Shown here: one piece after another, positions 9,355 to 19,065 of the stretch
Position numbering within the stretch: the stretch's first letter is position 1
Layout of the letters: each line of letters begins with the position of its first letter
Assembly (NCBI RefSeq): GCF_018437505.1
Contig: NZ_CP072467.1
Span: 3,494,010-3,558,009, forward strand
Origin: Spiractinospora alimapuensis
Lineage (GTDB): Bacteria; Actinomycetota; Actinomycetes; Streptosporangiales; Streptosporangiaceae
Reading direction: 5' to 3'
DNA: 64,000 nt
Program-made: the position numbers and the translations under genes
The notes under the pieces: generated by a model
What the model was told of the DNA's origin: nothing
Databases searched by the model: none
The model's input: the letters and a program-made list of their open reading frames with translations, nothing else

Positions 9355-10311
9355 ATGGGCACCGTCCAGGAGGAGTACGTCCACAGTGGACGGCACGCCG
9401 TACGGATCGGCAAACCGGACAAGGAGATGTTCGGCGAGGGCGGCGTCACCAAACGCGAACTGGCGGAACACTATGCCGCGGTCGCCCCGTGGATGGTGCC
9501 GCTGGTCAGCGGTCATCCGCTCGCCCTGCAGCGCTTTCCGCACGGAATCACGGGTGAGGGGTTCTTCCAGAAGCAGGTACCCGCCGGAGCTCCCGCGTGG
9601 GTGGATCGGGTGACGGTCCCTCGGGACGAGGGCGGGACCGTCACCATGGTGGTGTGCGAGAGCGCGGCGACTCTGCTGTGGCTGGCGGACCAGGCCGCGA
9701 TCACCCTGCACTCGTGGTTGAGCCGTGGGGAGAACCCGCGCTACCCCGACCGGATCATCGTCGACCTCGACCCCGCGGACGGGGACTTCGCGGCGGTGCG
9801 CCAGGCCGCGCGTGAGGTGCGCGAGGTACTGGTCGAGGCCGGGCTGGCCACCTACCTGATGACGACGGGCTCGCGCGGCCTCCACGTGGTGTCGCCCCTC
9901 CGACCGGAGCAGGAGTACGCGGACGTGCGGGAGCTCGCCCGCACCGTCGCGGACCGGACGGCCGATCGGCACCCTAACGAACTCACCACCCTTGTCAGGA
10001 AGAACCGGCGCCGCGGGCGGCTGTTTCTCGACGTCCTGCGCAACTCCTACGCGCAGCACGCGGTCGCTCCCTACTCCGTACGGCCCCTTCCCGGTGCTCC
10101 CGTCGCCACGCCCCTGTTCTGGGAGGAACTGGATGACCTGCCCAGTGCCCAACAGTGGACCGTGCGCACCCTCGAGTCGCGGCTGGATCAGTTCGAGCGC
10201 GCGGGCGACGCCCCGTGGGCCGGCATGATGCGGCACGCCCGTTCTCCCCGGAAAGCCGCGCGTCTCGCCGCGGCGATCCCGGAACAGCGGGGACCCAGTG
10301 CGGATCCCTAG
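9355..10311 (+). CDS. LigD polymerase-domain (NHEJ primase-polymerase) stand-alone protein
   Basis: The sequence matches the LigD Pol domain family (e.g. FPxxGxxKxELxxYY-like, SRGLHV, LFLDxxRN). ATG 9355 is preceded by GGAGG. It is divergent from the DUF427 gene. Confidence 0.75.
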   Translation: MGTVQEEYVHSGRHAVRIGKPDKEMFGEGGVTKRELAEHYAAVAPWMVPLVSGHPLALQRFPHGITGEGFFQKQVPAGAPAWVDRVTVPRDEGGTVTMVVCESAATLLWLADQAAITLHSWLSRGENPRYPDRIIVDLDPADGDFAAVRQAAREVREVLVEAGLATYLMTTGSRGLHVVSPLRPEQEYADVRELARTVADRTADRHPNELTTLVRKNRRRGRLFLDVLRNSYAQHAVAPYSVRPLPGAPVATPLFWEELDDLPSAQQWTVRTLESRLDQFERAGDAPWAGMMRHARSPRKAARLAAAIPEQRGPSADP

Positions 10312-10416
10312 CGATTGATGCCACAATGCCCGAAAACATGTGGCGCACATCACAAAACGGGGAGACTGGGAGATCGTCCTCCCACCGTCCACGCAGTGCC
10401 TTCGAAGGGAACAGTC

Positions 10417-11631
10417 ATGGTGGGCAACAAAGTGGTCGTCTATCAGGGACCAGGCCGCGTCAGCGTCGAAAGCACCGACTACCCGAAACTGGAGATCCCC
10501 GCCGAGGTCGCGGATGCCTTCGGCATCAAGCGCGCGGCCCCGCACGCGGTGGTTCTCAAGGTCGTCTCCACCAATATCTGCGGAAGCGACCAGCACATGG
10601 TGCGTGGTCGAACCACGGCTCCCGTGGGTCAGACCCTGGGTCACGAGATCACCGGTGAGGTCGTCGAGGTGGGTGACGACGTGCTCTTCGTCAAACCCGG
10701 CGACATCTGTTCGACCCCGTTCAACATCGCCTGCGGCCGGTGTCGCATGTGCGACGAACGCAAGACCGGCATCTGTCTGAACGTGAACCCCGGCCGCGCC
10801 GGGGCCGCCTACGGCTATGTGGACATGGGCGGGTGGATCGGTGGGCAGGCCGAGTACGTCATGGTGCCGTACGCGGACTTCAACCTGCTGCGGTTCCCCG
10901 ACCGGGACCAGGCCCTGGAAAAGATCATGGACCTGACCATGCTGTCGGACATCTTTCCCACCGGCTACCACGGCGCGTACACCGCCGGCGTCACCTCGGG
11001 TTCCACGGTGTACGTCGCGGGTGCGGGGCCCGTCGGACTGGCCGCGGCGCACGCCGCGCAACTGCTCGGGGCCTCCGTGGTCATCGTGGGGGACATGGTG
11101 GACGACCGGCTGGCCCAGGCCCGCGCCTTCGGGTGCGAGACCGTGGACCTGTCCTCGGGCGACGCCCTTCCCGACATGATCGAGCAGATCGTGGGGGAGC
11201 CGTCGGTGGACGCGGCGGTGGACGCCGTGGGGTTCGAGGCCCGGGGGCACGGAGAGAACGCCGGGGAGGCACCGGCGACCGTCCTGAACGACCTCATGAC
11301 CATCGCCCGGGCCGGGGCCGGACTCGGCATTCCCGGCCTCTACGTCACCGGAGACCCCGGCGGTGTGGACGAGAACGCCAAGGTCGGACAGATCGGGGTC
11401 CGACTGGGGCTCGGCTGGGCGAAGTCCCACCGGTTCACCACCGGCCAGTGCCCGGTGAAGAGCTACAACCGGCAACTGATGAACCTCATCCTGTCCGGAC
11501 GGGCCCAGATCGCCAAGGCGGTCAACGCCACCCGCATCACCCTGGACGAGGCGCCCCAGGGGTACAGCGACTTCGACCGCGGCGCGGCCAAGAAGTTCGT
11601 GATCGACCCACACGGGATGATCCCGGCCTGA
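10417..11631 (+). CDS. fdhA: Glutathione-independent formaldehyde dehydrogenase (Zn-dependent ADH superfamily)
   Basis: Near-collinear with Pseudomonas putida FdhA (VVLKVVSTNICGSDQHMVRGRTTA, GYVDMGGWIGGQAEY, KFVIDPH). ATG 10417 has an RBS. Confidence 0.9.
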   Translation: MVGNKVVVYQGPGRVSVESTDYPKLEIPAEVADAFGIKRAAPHAVVLKVVSTNICGSDQHMVRGRTTAPVGQTLGHEITGEVVEVGDDVLFVKPGDICSTPFNIACGRCRMCDERKTGICLNVNPGRAGAAYGYVDMGGWIGGQAEYVMVPYADFNLLRFPDRDQALEKIMDLTMLSDIFPTGYHGAYTAGVTSGSTVYVAGAGPVGLAAAHAAQLLGASVVIVGDMVDDRLAQARAFGCETVDLSSGDALPDMIEQIVGEPSVDAAVDAVGFEARGHGENAGEAPATVLNDLMTIARAGAGLGIPGLYVTGDPGGVDENAKVGQIGVRLGLGWAKSHRFTTGQCPVKSYNRQLMNLILSGRAQIAKAVNATRITLDEAPQGYSDFDRGAAKKFVIDPHGMIPA

Positions 11632-11670
11632 CCCCGGCCCGTGAGTGGTCCGTGAGCGTGGTCCGTGGTG

Positions 11671-12795
11671 TCAGGCGTCGGGTGGGACCAACTGCCGGGA
11701 GAACAGCCCCTGGCAGGCCTTCGGGTCGAACCAGGTGGACTTCGGGGGCATGACGAGCCCGGCGTCCGACACCGCGACGACATCGGCCATGGTGGCGGGG
11801 TGGGGGAGGAAACCCACCCCGTCGTGGTCGGTGAGCAGCGCGTCGAGGGTCTCCGCCTCCGACGCCCCGCGGACGTACCGCACGGCGTGCTGACCGAACA
11901 GGGGCACCAGCACCTCGTGGTCCAGACGCACGCTGTCGAGCTGTGAGAGGAGCCCGTCGGTACTGTCCCGCAACCACATGCGGTACCACCGGCCGTCCAG
12001 GGCGAGCGCGACCGCGCCCGGGCTCGGCGGCGGGGGGTGGACTCCAGGCCAGTCGTCCACCCGGGCCACAGCGGGGGAGCGCTCCAGTATCGCCAGGATG
12101 TCTCGCGCCGTTCGCCCCGCGGGTCGGACCACCGAACGCGGGTAGCCGAGGATCCGCATCTCGTCACTGGGGAAGAGTGCCCCCAGGGTGAACGCGGCGG
12201 CGTGGTCGGGGCCGATCTCGGGGTGCCCCGCGGCGAAACGTTCCGCGGCCGCCATACGGTGGTGGCCGTCGGTGATGTACAGGGCGTCCAGCGCCCCCAG
12301 TTCTCGACCCACGACGCGCAGGGCGTGCGCTTCGCGGACCACCCAGGCGCGGTGCGTGGCGGGGCCGATCGTGTCCAGGTCGACGTCCGGCTCGGCTGCC
12401 GTGATTGTGCGGAGGACCTCACTCAGTGCGGGGCGGGGCTGGTGCGTGAGCATCACCGGTGTGTTCTGGAATCGCGCCTCGGTGAGGTGCTCCAGGACCC
12501 CCTCCTCCCGACCGGGGTCGGTCGCCTCGTGGGGTCGCACCCGGCGGTCCCGGTAGTCCGCGATCGGGACTTCGACGACAACGCCGGTCTGCTGGTGTGC
12601 GCCCTCCGCGATCTGGTAGACGACCACGGCCGGCTCACGAAGACGGGTCATGGCGCCGACGCGCATCAGCGGGGCCACGTCCTCAGGGTCGTGCGAGTAG
12701 CCGGCGTGGTCCCGGTCGGCCAGGAGCAACCGGGGTGGACGCACCCCCACGCCCGCCCGCGTCTCACTGGCCTCGGCGCTCGTCCGGGCCGCCAT
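11671..12795 (-). CDS. DUF1015 family protein
   Basis: The 483-aa ORF was trimmed to ATG 12795, which overlaps the stop of the upstream dehydrogenase (ATGA overlap). The conserved core is recognisable as DUF1015. Confidence 0.7.
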   Translation of the reverse strand: MAARTSAEASETRAGVGVRPPRLLLADRDHAGYSHDPEDVAPLMRVGAMTRLREPAVVVYQIAEGAHQQTGVVVEVPIADYRDRRVRPHEATDPGREEGVLEHLTEARFQNTPVMLTHQPRPALSEVLRTITAAEPDVDLDTIGPATHRAWVVREAHALRVVGRELGALDALYITDGHHRMAAAERFAAGHPEIGPDHAAAFTLGALFPSDEMRILGYPRSVVRPAGRTARDILAILERSPAVARVDDWPGVHPPPPSPGAVALALDGRWYRMWLRDSTDGLLSQLDSVRLDHEVLVPLFGQHAVRYVRGASEAETLDALLTDHDGVGFLPHPATMADVVAVSDAGLVMPPKSTWFDPKACQGLFSRQLVPPDA

Positions 12796-13793
12796 CAGGA
12801 GCCGTCCGCACCGAGTGAGGCGGGGTTGAGGTCCCGATTGACGCAATGGAGCAGCGTGCCGGCGGTGAACGCGTCGACGATCTCCAGCACGCCGTCCGCC
12901 ACCGACTGTTGCGCCTGTTCGGTGGACGCCCCGATGTGGTGGGTGCCGTAGACGTTGGGGTGTCGGGTCAACGGTGAGTCGAAGTGCGCGGTGGCGGTGG
13001 TGGGCTCGTCGGGGAACACATCCAGTCCGACGCGGATGCCTTTGGCGTCCATGGCCTCGAGCAGCGCGGCCTCGTCGATCACGTCGCCCCGCGACGTGTT
13101 GATCAGGATCGTGCCCGGCCACATCAGCCCGAGCAGGCCGCGTCCGACCAGGCCGCGGGTGCTCTCTCCACCTGGTACGTGCAGCGAGAGCACATCACAG
13201 GTGGCCACCAGGGTCTCCAACGTGTCCACGTAGGTCACGCCGATCGCGCGGGCCCGCTCCAGCGTCGCGGTGTCCCGACCTCGTTTCGCCACCGCGTGCA
13301 CCGACGTACCGAAGGCGGCGACGCGTTCGGCGAAGGCCAGACCGATGTCACCCAGCCCCACGATCCCGATCCGGCGCCCCTTGACGCCGCGCGCCCGCTG
13401 GAACTCCTTCTTGTTCCACTCGCCGGCCCTGAGCTGGGCCACGTTGTCGGGGATGCGGCGATCCACCGCGAGGAGCAGCCCAACGGCGAGCTCGGCGACG
13501 GCGACGGCGTTGCGGCCGGGCACGTTGCACACCGAGATCCCGTGCCGGCTCGCCGCCGTGGTGTCGATGGTGTTCGTTCCCGACCCGGCCCGAATCACGA
13601 GCTGCAGGCGGTTGGCCGCCGCGAGGGCGTCGGCCGTCACCTTGGTGCTGCGGACGACCAGGGCGTCGTACCCCCGGATCCCCTTTGGCAGGTCCTCGGC
13701 GGTGATATCGGGCTCGTACGAACAGTCATGGCCGCGCTGGTGAAGCTCCGCGCGGGACGCCTCTGGAAACGTATCGGCGACAAGGATTCTCAT
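12795..13793 (-). CDS. D-isomer-specific 2-hydroxyacid / phosphoglycerate dehydrogenase family (SerA-like)
   Basis: Contains the GxGxIGxxxA NAD-binding motif (IGIVGLGDIGLAFAERVAAFG) and the catalytic R/E/H arrangement. It is translationally coupled to the DUF1015 gene. Confidence 0.85.
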   Translation of the reverse strand: MRILVADTFPEASRAELHQRGHDCSYEPDITAEDLPKGIRGYDALVVRSTKVTADALAAANRLQLVIRAGSGTNTIDTTAASRHGISVCNVPGRNAVAVAELAVGLLLAVDRRIPDNVAQLRAGEWNKKEFQRARGVKGRRIGIVGLGDIGLAFAERVAAFGTSVHAVAKRGRDTATLERARAIGVTYVDTLETLVATCDVLSLHVPGGESTRGLVGRGLLGLMWPGTILINTSRGDVIDEAALLEAMDAKGIRVGLDVFPDEPTTATAHFDSPLTRHPNVYGTHHIGASTEQAQQSVADGVLEIVDAFTAGTLLHCVNRDLNPASLGADGS

Positions 13794-14049
13794 CGGCGCT
13801 CCCCTGCCACGGCTTATTGGGTGTGAATACCCATCGCCTCACGGAAACACACTGCTGTTTCGCATGACACAAAGAGTTTCTTATAACGCAATCGTGACAA
13901 GCCGTGTGGCACCACGCAACCCCACCACCCCCAGAGATTCCCGCCGCCCCAGCCGGTGGGGTGTGGGTCAGGTCGGCGTTCCGGCGGGTCGATTCGTGTC
14001 GACATGGCGCCTTGTCGACGTGACGCCACCCGATCGCCGCGTGCTACCG

Positions 14050-14073
14050 TTGAATGAACTTATGTTCATTCAA
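14050..14073. promoter_or_regulatory. Perfect palindrome TTGAATGAAC-TTAT-GTTCATTCAA, 15 bp upstream of the TetR start; putative TetR operator/autoregulatory site
   Basis: 10-bp perfect inverted arms were seen directly in the sequence. The site is AT-rich in a GC-rich genome and overlaps the likely promoter. Confidence 0.45.
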
Positions 14074-14087
14074 CGGGGGAGGGCCGG

Positions 14088-14720
14088 TTGCCCCGAAGCC
14101 AGGAGCAGTTCGAGGCGATGCGCGTCGCCACGCGGGCCCGCGTCCAGGACGCCGGGACACGACTCTTCGCCCGCAAAGGCTTCGCGGCCACGAGCATCCG
14201 GGACATCGCACGGGAGGCGGGGACCAGCACCGGACTGATCTACCGCCACTACGCCACCAAGGAGGACCTGTTCGCCGACCTGGTGGGCTACGCCGTCGCC
14301 GGACTCGACGCCGTGATCGAGCGATTCGCGACCGTCGCCCCCACCGGGGGTGGACCGAGCACCGCGGCCGGTGTTCTCGGCGATTTCACCGCCGAGTTCG
14401 TCCACGACATCGAGCGGGACGAGGGTTTCTCCGAGTTCTTCCTGTTGATGAACCAGCTCTATTCGATGGACGACCCACCAGTGGAGGTCGAACGACTGGC
14501 GGACCGCCATCGCCGGCTCCTGCGCGCGACCTCGGCTCTCATCGAACGGGGCCAGGCGGAGGGCGCGTTCCGTGCGGGAGACCCCGCCCAGCTCACCACC
14601 TGCTACTACGCCGCGATCGGCGGCCTGGTGAGCATGAGGCTCGCCCTGCGACGGGACTTCGTCGCCCCCTCAGCGCCTCTGTTGATGGGCTTCCTGACCA
14701 AGGAGCGCTCCCGTGATTGA
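14088..14720 (+). CDS. TetR/AcrR family transcriptional regulator
   Basis: N-terminal HTH (TRLFARKGFAATSIRDIAREAGTSTGLIYRHYATKEDLF). TTG start with GGGGGAGGG upstream. Confidence 0.8.
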   Translation: MPRSQEQFEAMRVATRARVQDAGTRLFARKGFAATSIRDIAREAGTSTGLIYRHYATKEDLFADLVGYAVAGLDAVIERFATVAPTGGGPSTAAGVLGDFTAEFVHDIERDEGFSEFFLLMNQLYSMDDPPVEVERLADRHRRLLRATSALIERGQAEGAFRAGDPAQLTTCYYAAIGGLVSMRLALRRDFVAPSAPLLMGFLTKERSRD

Positions 14721-15303
14721 CGTCGTACCGGCGTCGGAGTTGGGCGAGTCCCACCGTCGCCGCATCACCGAGGTCTTCACCTCAGGGTTCGGGGCGGACT
14801 TCAGGTCGTTGTCCAAGGATCCCCAGACGCTCACCGACGCCTTCGAGCACATGCTCGTCCTGGACCTCTTCTACGCCGGGTTGGTCGACGGCGTACCGGC
14901 CGGTATCGCCGCCTGTACCGACGGGGTCCAGAAGTCCACCCGCCACGACGGACGCGAACTGCGCCGCCACCTGGGGTTCGTCAAGGGCACCATCGCCGAC
15001 TTCGTGTTTCGCTCCGAGTTCGGCGGCGGCGTCCCCGACATCACCCCCGGGGCGGCGTCGATCGAGTTCGTCGCCACGGCACCGGAGTACCAGGGCCGAG
15101 GGGTCGCCCGCGCGATCCTCACCCATCTGCTCGAGCTTCCGGACTACCGCGAGTACGTCATCGACGGCGTCGCCGACACCAACGTGGCCGCGCTACGGCT
15201 GTACGAGAAGCTCGGCTTCACGGAGTTCCGCCGGCACAAGGTGCGACACACCAGGGTGACCGGCATCAACCACTACCTGGCGCTGCGGCTCGTCCAGGGT
15301 TGA
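14713..15303 (+). CDS. GNAT family N-acetyltransferase
   Basis: Acetyl-CoA binding motif (EYQGRGVARAILTHL…LGF). It overlaps the TetR gene by 8 nt. Confidence 0.75.
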   Translation: MIDVVPASELGESHRRRITEVFTSGFGADFRSLSKDPQTLTDAFEHMLVLDLFYAGLVDGVPAGIAACTDGVQKSTRHDGRELRRHLGFVKGTIADFVFRSEFGGGVPDITPGAASIEFVATAPEYQGRGVARAILTHLLELPDYREYVIDGVADTNVAALRLYEKLGFTEFRRHKVRHTRVTGINHYLALRLVQG

Positions 15304-15336
15304 TTCCCGCCGTGCCCCACCGCACCACCAACTTGA

Positions 15337-15354
15337 CCTCAACAGAGGTTGAGG
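15337..15354. promoter_or_regulatory. SoxR-box-like palindrome CCTCAAC-AGAG-GTTGAGG, abutting the upstream TTGACC hexamer and ~45 bp upstream of the MFS gene
   Basis: 18-bp site with 7-bp perfect arms. It resembles the SoxR box CCTCAAG-N4-CTTGAGG, which sits between -35 and -10 of SoxR targets. A soxR gene lies 2 kb downstream. Confidence 0.5.
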
Positions 15355-15399
15355 CGGTGTGCTGATCCCGCTCAGAGATCACCAACGAGAGCGAGGATC

Positions 15400-16906
15400 A
15401 TGCAGACGGAAACGACGTCGTCGACACCTCCAACCGAGGGTTCACGGGCCCGCCCCTCTCCGCTGACCCTGCCGGTCATCCTTGTCGGCGTCGTACTCGT
15501 CGCCATGTCGATCTCCGGGGCGGCGGTCGCCCTGCCGAGCCTCGGGGTGGACCTGGACGCCTCCGGATCAGCCCTCAACTGGGTCGTCGCCGGATACAAC
15601 CTCGCGTTCGCGGCCATGACCCTCGTCGCGGGCTCCACGGCCGACCGGATCGGACGCCGCAGGGTCTTCGTCGGCTCCGCCATGGTCTTCACCGCCGGGT
15701 TCACGGTGACGGCTCTCAGCCCGTCCATCCTGCTGATCGACGTGGCACGGGTCGTGTCCGGGCTCGGTGGCGCCGGGATCATGGCCGCCGGTGGAGCGGT
15801 CATCGCCGCCTCCTACTCGGGATCAGTGCGGACCAAGGCGTTCGCCCTGATGGGAACGATGGCGGGAGTCGGGATCGCCCTGGGACCGACGCTCTCGGGG
15901 CTGCTGGTCAGCGCGACCGGATGGCGGGGCGGGTTCGCCGTGTTCGCGGTCATCGGGGTCGCCATCACGATCGGCGCGACCCGCCTGCCCGAATCCCGGG
16001 CCGCCGTCGCGGGGCGATCGGACTGGCTCGGCAGTGCCCTCTTCGTCGGTGCGCTGACGGCCCTCATGTTCGGGATCCTGGAAGCACCAACCCTGGGCTG
16101 GAAGAACCCTCTCGTTCTCCTCACCGTCGGCGGAGGTCTGTTGCTGCTGGTGGTCTTCGGCGTCTCGCAACGGCGCGCGGCGTCCCCGGTGCTCTCCCCC
16201 TCCTTGGTGACCAACCGGGGATTCATGGGCTGGTGCCTCGCGACACTCACGACATCCGTCGGTTTCCTGGGCGTGCTGGTGTTCCTGCCGACCTACCTGC
16301 AGGCTGTGGGCAACCTCTCACCAGCCACCGCGGGGTTGGCGATGCTGCTCCTCACCGCGCCCGTCCCGGTGACCCCACTGGGAGCGGCGGCCCTGGTCAA
16401 CCGAGGTGTGTCGCCTCGAATTCTGATCGTCCTCGCCCTGGCCCTGGTGACCGCCGGCAACTTCGGCCTCATGGGCCTCTCGGCCGATCACCCCGTGGCC
16501 GCCACGGCCGTGCCGCTGCTCCTGATCGGCGTCGGCATGGGCGTCCTTCGGAATCACCGACGGGCAGGCGATGAGCCTCGTCCCCTCAGACATCGTGGGT
16601 ATGGCCGCCGGCTTCCTCAACACGCTGCGCGGGGCCGCGGAAGCGCTGGTCATCGCGGTCTTTGGCGCCGTACTGCTCGGCCTGCTCACCGCGCGTCTGG
16701 GCGACGCGGACCACGCCGCCAGCGTCGGCGCGGGGCTGCTGGACGCCGGGGGCGGAGTGGCGGAGATCGAGGTCTTCACGTGGTCGTGGGGCATGACCCA
16801 GTTGGGAATCGGGGCGTTGTGTCTCCTCCTCTCCGTGGGGGTCGCGTTCCTGGTCTTTCGACGTCCCAAGGCGCACACGGCCCGTCCCACCACCACCCCA
16901 CGTTGA
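15400..16906 (+). CDS. MFS transporter (DHA2-like, 14-TM drug:H+ antiporter family); reading frame broken by an apparent 1-nt indel near 16541-16547
   Basis: ORF 15349..16917 is MFS-like up to ~16540 and then reads nonsense. ORF 16571..16906 in another frame ([15 protein letters not shown]… in frame) gives the proper TM-rich C-terminus. One base gained or lost restores a ~500-aa protein. Confidence 0.7.
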
Positions 16907-16961
16907 CCTCAACTTAGCTTTATGTCCTAAGTTCGGGGGTGGACCAACCAGAGGAGAACAC

Positions 16962-17588
16962 ATGAGCGTCTACACGCTGCCCGAGCTCCCCTACGACTAC
17001 GCCGCGCTGGAGCCCCACATCAGCGGCAAGATCATGGAGCTGCACCACGACAAGCACCACGCGGCCTACGTCGCCGGTGCGAACAGCGCGCTGGACGCGC
17101 TGGCCGAGGCCCGGGACAAGGGTGACTTCGCCGCGGTGAACCTCCACGAGAAGAACCTCGCGTTCCACCTCGGCGGGCACACCAACCACACGGTCTTCTG
17201 GAACAACCTCTCCCCCGACGGTGGTGGCGAGCCCGAGGGTGAGCTGGGTGCCGCGATCAAGGACCAGTTCGGCAGCTTCGCCGCCTTCCAGGGTCACTTC
17301 ACCGCGACCGCGACGGGAATCCAGGGGTCGGGATGGGCGATCCTTGGCTGGGACTCCGTCGGCCAGCGCCTGTCCATCTTCCAGCTCTTCGACCAGCAGG
17401 CCAACGTCCCCGCCGGGATCGTTCCGCTCCTCATGCTGGACATGTGGGAGCACGCCTTCTACCTGGACTACCTCAACGTCAAGGGCGAGTACGTGAAGGC
17501 GTTCTGGAAGATCGCGAACTGGGCCGACGTCGCCGCCCGGTTCGACCGTGCCCGCACGGCCACCGACGGTCTGATCGTCCCGGCCTGA
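16962..17588 (+). CDS. sodA: Superoxide dismutase [Fe/Mn]
   Basis: Full-length match to the family ([14 protein letters not shown], the metal ligands H/H/D/H). Confidence 0.95.
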   Translation: MSVYTLPELPYDYAALEPHISGKIMELHHDKHHAAYVAGANSALDALAEARDKGDFAAVNLHEKNLAFHLGGHTNHTVFWNNLSPDGGGEPEGELGAAIKDQFGSFAAFQGHFTATATGIQGSGWAILGWDSVGQRLSIFQLFDQQANVPAGIVPLLMLDMWEHAFYLDYLNVKGEYVKAFWKIANWADVAARFDRARTATDGLIVPA

Positions 17589-17607
17589 CGCACTCGAGTC
17601 GCAGGGA

Positions 17608-18140
17608 ATGCCGCACGCCAGTCCGGGGGACCGTCTCACCATCGGTGAGATCATGCGCCGGACTGGCGTGTCCGCGTCCGCACTCCACTTCTACGAGCGC
17701 ATCGGCTGATCGTCGCCGAACGCAACAGCGGCAACCAACGCCTCTACCCACGGCACATGATCCGCCGGGTCTCCCTCATCGTCGTCGCCAAACGGCTCGG
17801 CATCCCGCTCGCCGACGTCGGCACGGTGTTCGCGACCCTACCCACGGACCAGGCCCCGTCCCACGAGGACTGGCAACGTGTCTCCCGGATGTGGAAGCGA
17901 CAGCTCGAGGCACGGCGTCGGGAGATCGAGGCGCTCGAGCGGGAACTCACCGGCTGCATCGGATGTGGCTGCCTGTCCATGCGGGCCTGCCTCCTCCTCA
18001 ACCCCGACGACACGCTCGGCGCGAGCGGCCCGGGACCCCGTCCGGCTCCAGTCCCCCGCACCGGATCAGCCGCGCCGAGCCTCCAGGAAGACACCAGACT
18101 CCCCGCGACACTGACTCCCGGCCCCCTCACGGATCGGTGA
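17608..18140 (+). pseudogene. soxR: SoxR (MerR-family redox-sensing regulator, [2Fe-2S]), interrupted by a 1-nt frameshift at ~17703-17707
   Basis: The N-terminal HTH (LTIGEIMRRTGVSASALHFYERIG) is followed by an in-frame TGA. Frame 2 continues LIVAERNSGNQRLYPRHMIRR…CIGCGCLSMRAC, the SoxR cluster motif. Either a pseudogene or an assembly indel. Confidence 0.6.
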
Positions 18141-18212
18141 GTTCTGGTGGACCCGGGACACGGCGGCGGAGCGGGGTAGGGGTTCGGTGTCCGTCCCCGA
18201 ACCCTGGGAGCT

Positions 18213-19016
18213 GTGGTGCGCTACGCCTTGTTTCTTCCGCCCTTCGGTGAACTGGCCGATCCGACCGTCCTGGCCGACCTCGCGGCCGACGCGGAGGCCG
18301 CGGGTTTCCAGGGGTTCTTCCTCTGGGACCACATCGCCCGCCCGCACCGACCGGAGCTCGCCGTCGGCGATCCCTGGATCTCACTGGCCGCCGTCGCCAC
18401 CCGGACCGAACGGATGACACTGGGCACGCGGATCACCCCCCTGACGCGCCGCCGGCCACAGGTCGTCGCTCGGCAGGCCGTCGCGCTGGACCGACTCAGC
18501 GGCGGACGGTTCGTACTGGGCGTCGGCCCCGGAACCGACAGCGGAGGCGAGCTCACCCGGTTCGGTGAGGTCGCCGCCTTGCGGGAACGAGCCGCGCGGC
18601 TCGACGAGGCCCTGGACGTCGTGTGTCAGTTGTGGAGCGGTGAGGAAGTCGAACACGACGGCACGCACTTCCGCGTCGACGGCCTGCGGTTCCTGCCGAC
18701 GCCCGTGCAGCGGCCGCGGATTCCCATCTGGGTCGCGGCCCAGTCCACCAACCCCGGGCCCATGCGACGCGCGGCGAGGTTCGACGGACTGTGCCCGGAG
18801 ACGACGCCGGAGGGCCTCGCGGAGATGCTCGCCGGAATCGGGGAACGGCGCGGAGGCCTCGACGGCTTCGACGTGGCCGCCGCCGGCCCACCCGGGCAGG
18901 ATCCCGAGCCGTACCGCGCCGTCGGCGCGACCTGGTGGCTGGTGCAGCTTCCGGAGATCACGACCGTGGACGAGGTCACCGCGGAGATCGAACGGTTCGC
19001 CGCGGTGTCGCGCTGA
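18213..19016 (+). CDS. LLM-class (luciferase-like) F420-dependent oxidoreductase
   Basis: Family-typical sequence (…GFQGFFLWDH…, RFVLGVGPG, the TIM-barrel LLM pattern). Confidence 0.7.
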   Translation: MVRYALFLPPFGELADPTVLADLAADAEAAGFQGFFLWDHIARPHRPELAVGDPWISLAAVATRTERMTLGTRITPLTRRRPQVVARQAVALDRLSGGRFVLGVGPGTDSGGELTRFGEVAALRERAARLDEALDVVCQLWSGEEVEHDGTHFRVDGLRFLPTPVQRPRIPIWVAAQSTNPGPMRRAARFDGLCPETTPEGLAEMLAGIGERRGGLDGFDVAAAGPPGQDPEPYRAVGATWWLVQLPEITTVDEVTAEIERFAAVSR

Positions 19017-19065
19017 CACGGTGACCCCTGGGGTCGCCCGCGCCACCGAGGCGCGGGCTCCCCGG

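Noticed and set aside
9169-11613. 814-aa reverse-strand ORF across LigD-Pol and fdhA
   Set aside because: Antisense to two strongly supported genes. Arg/Gly-rich nonsense composition.
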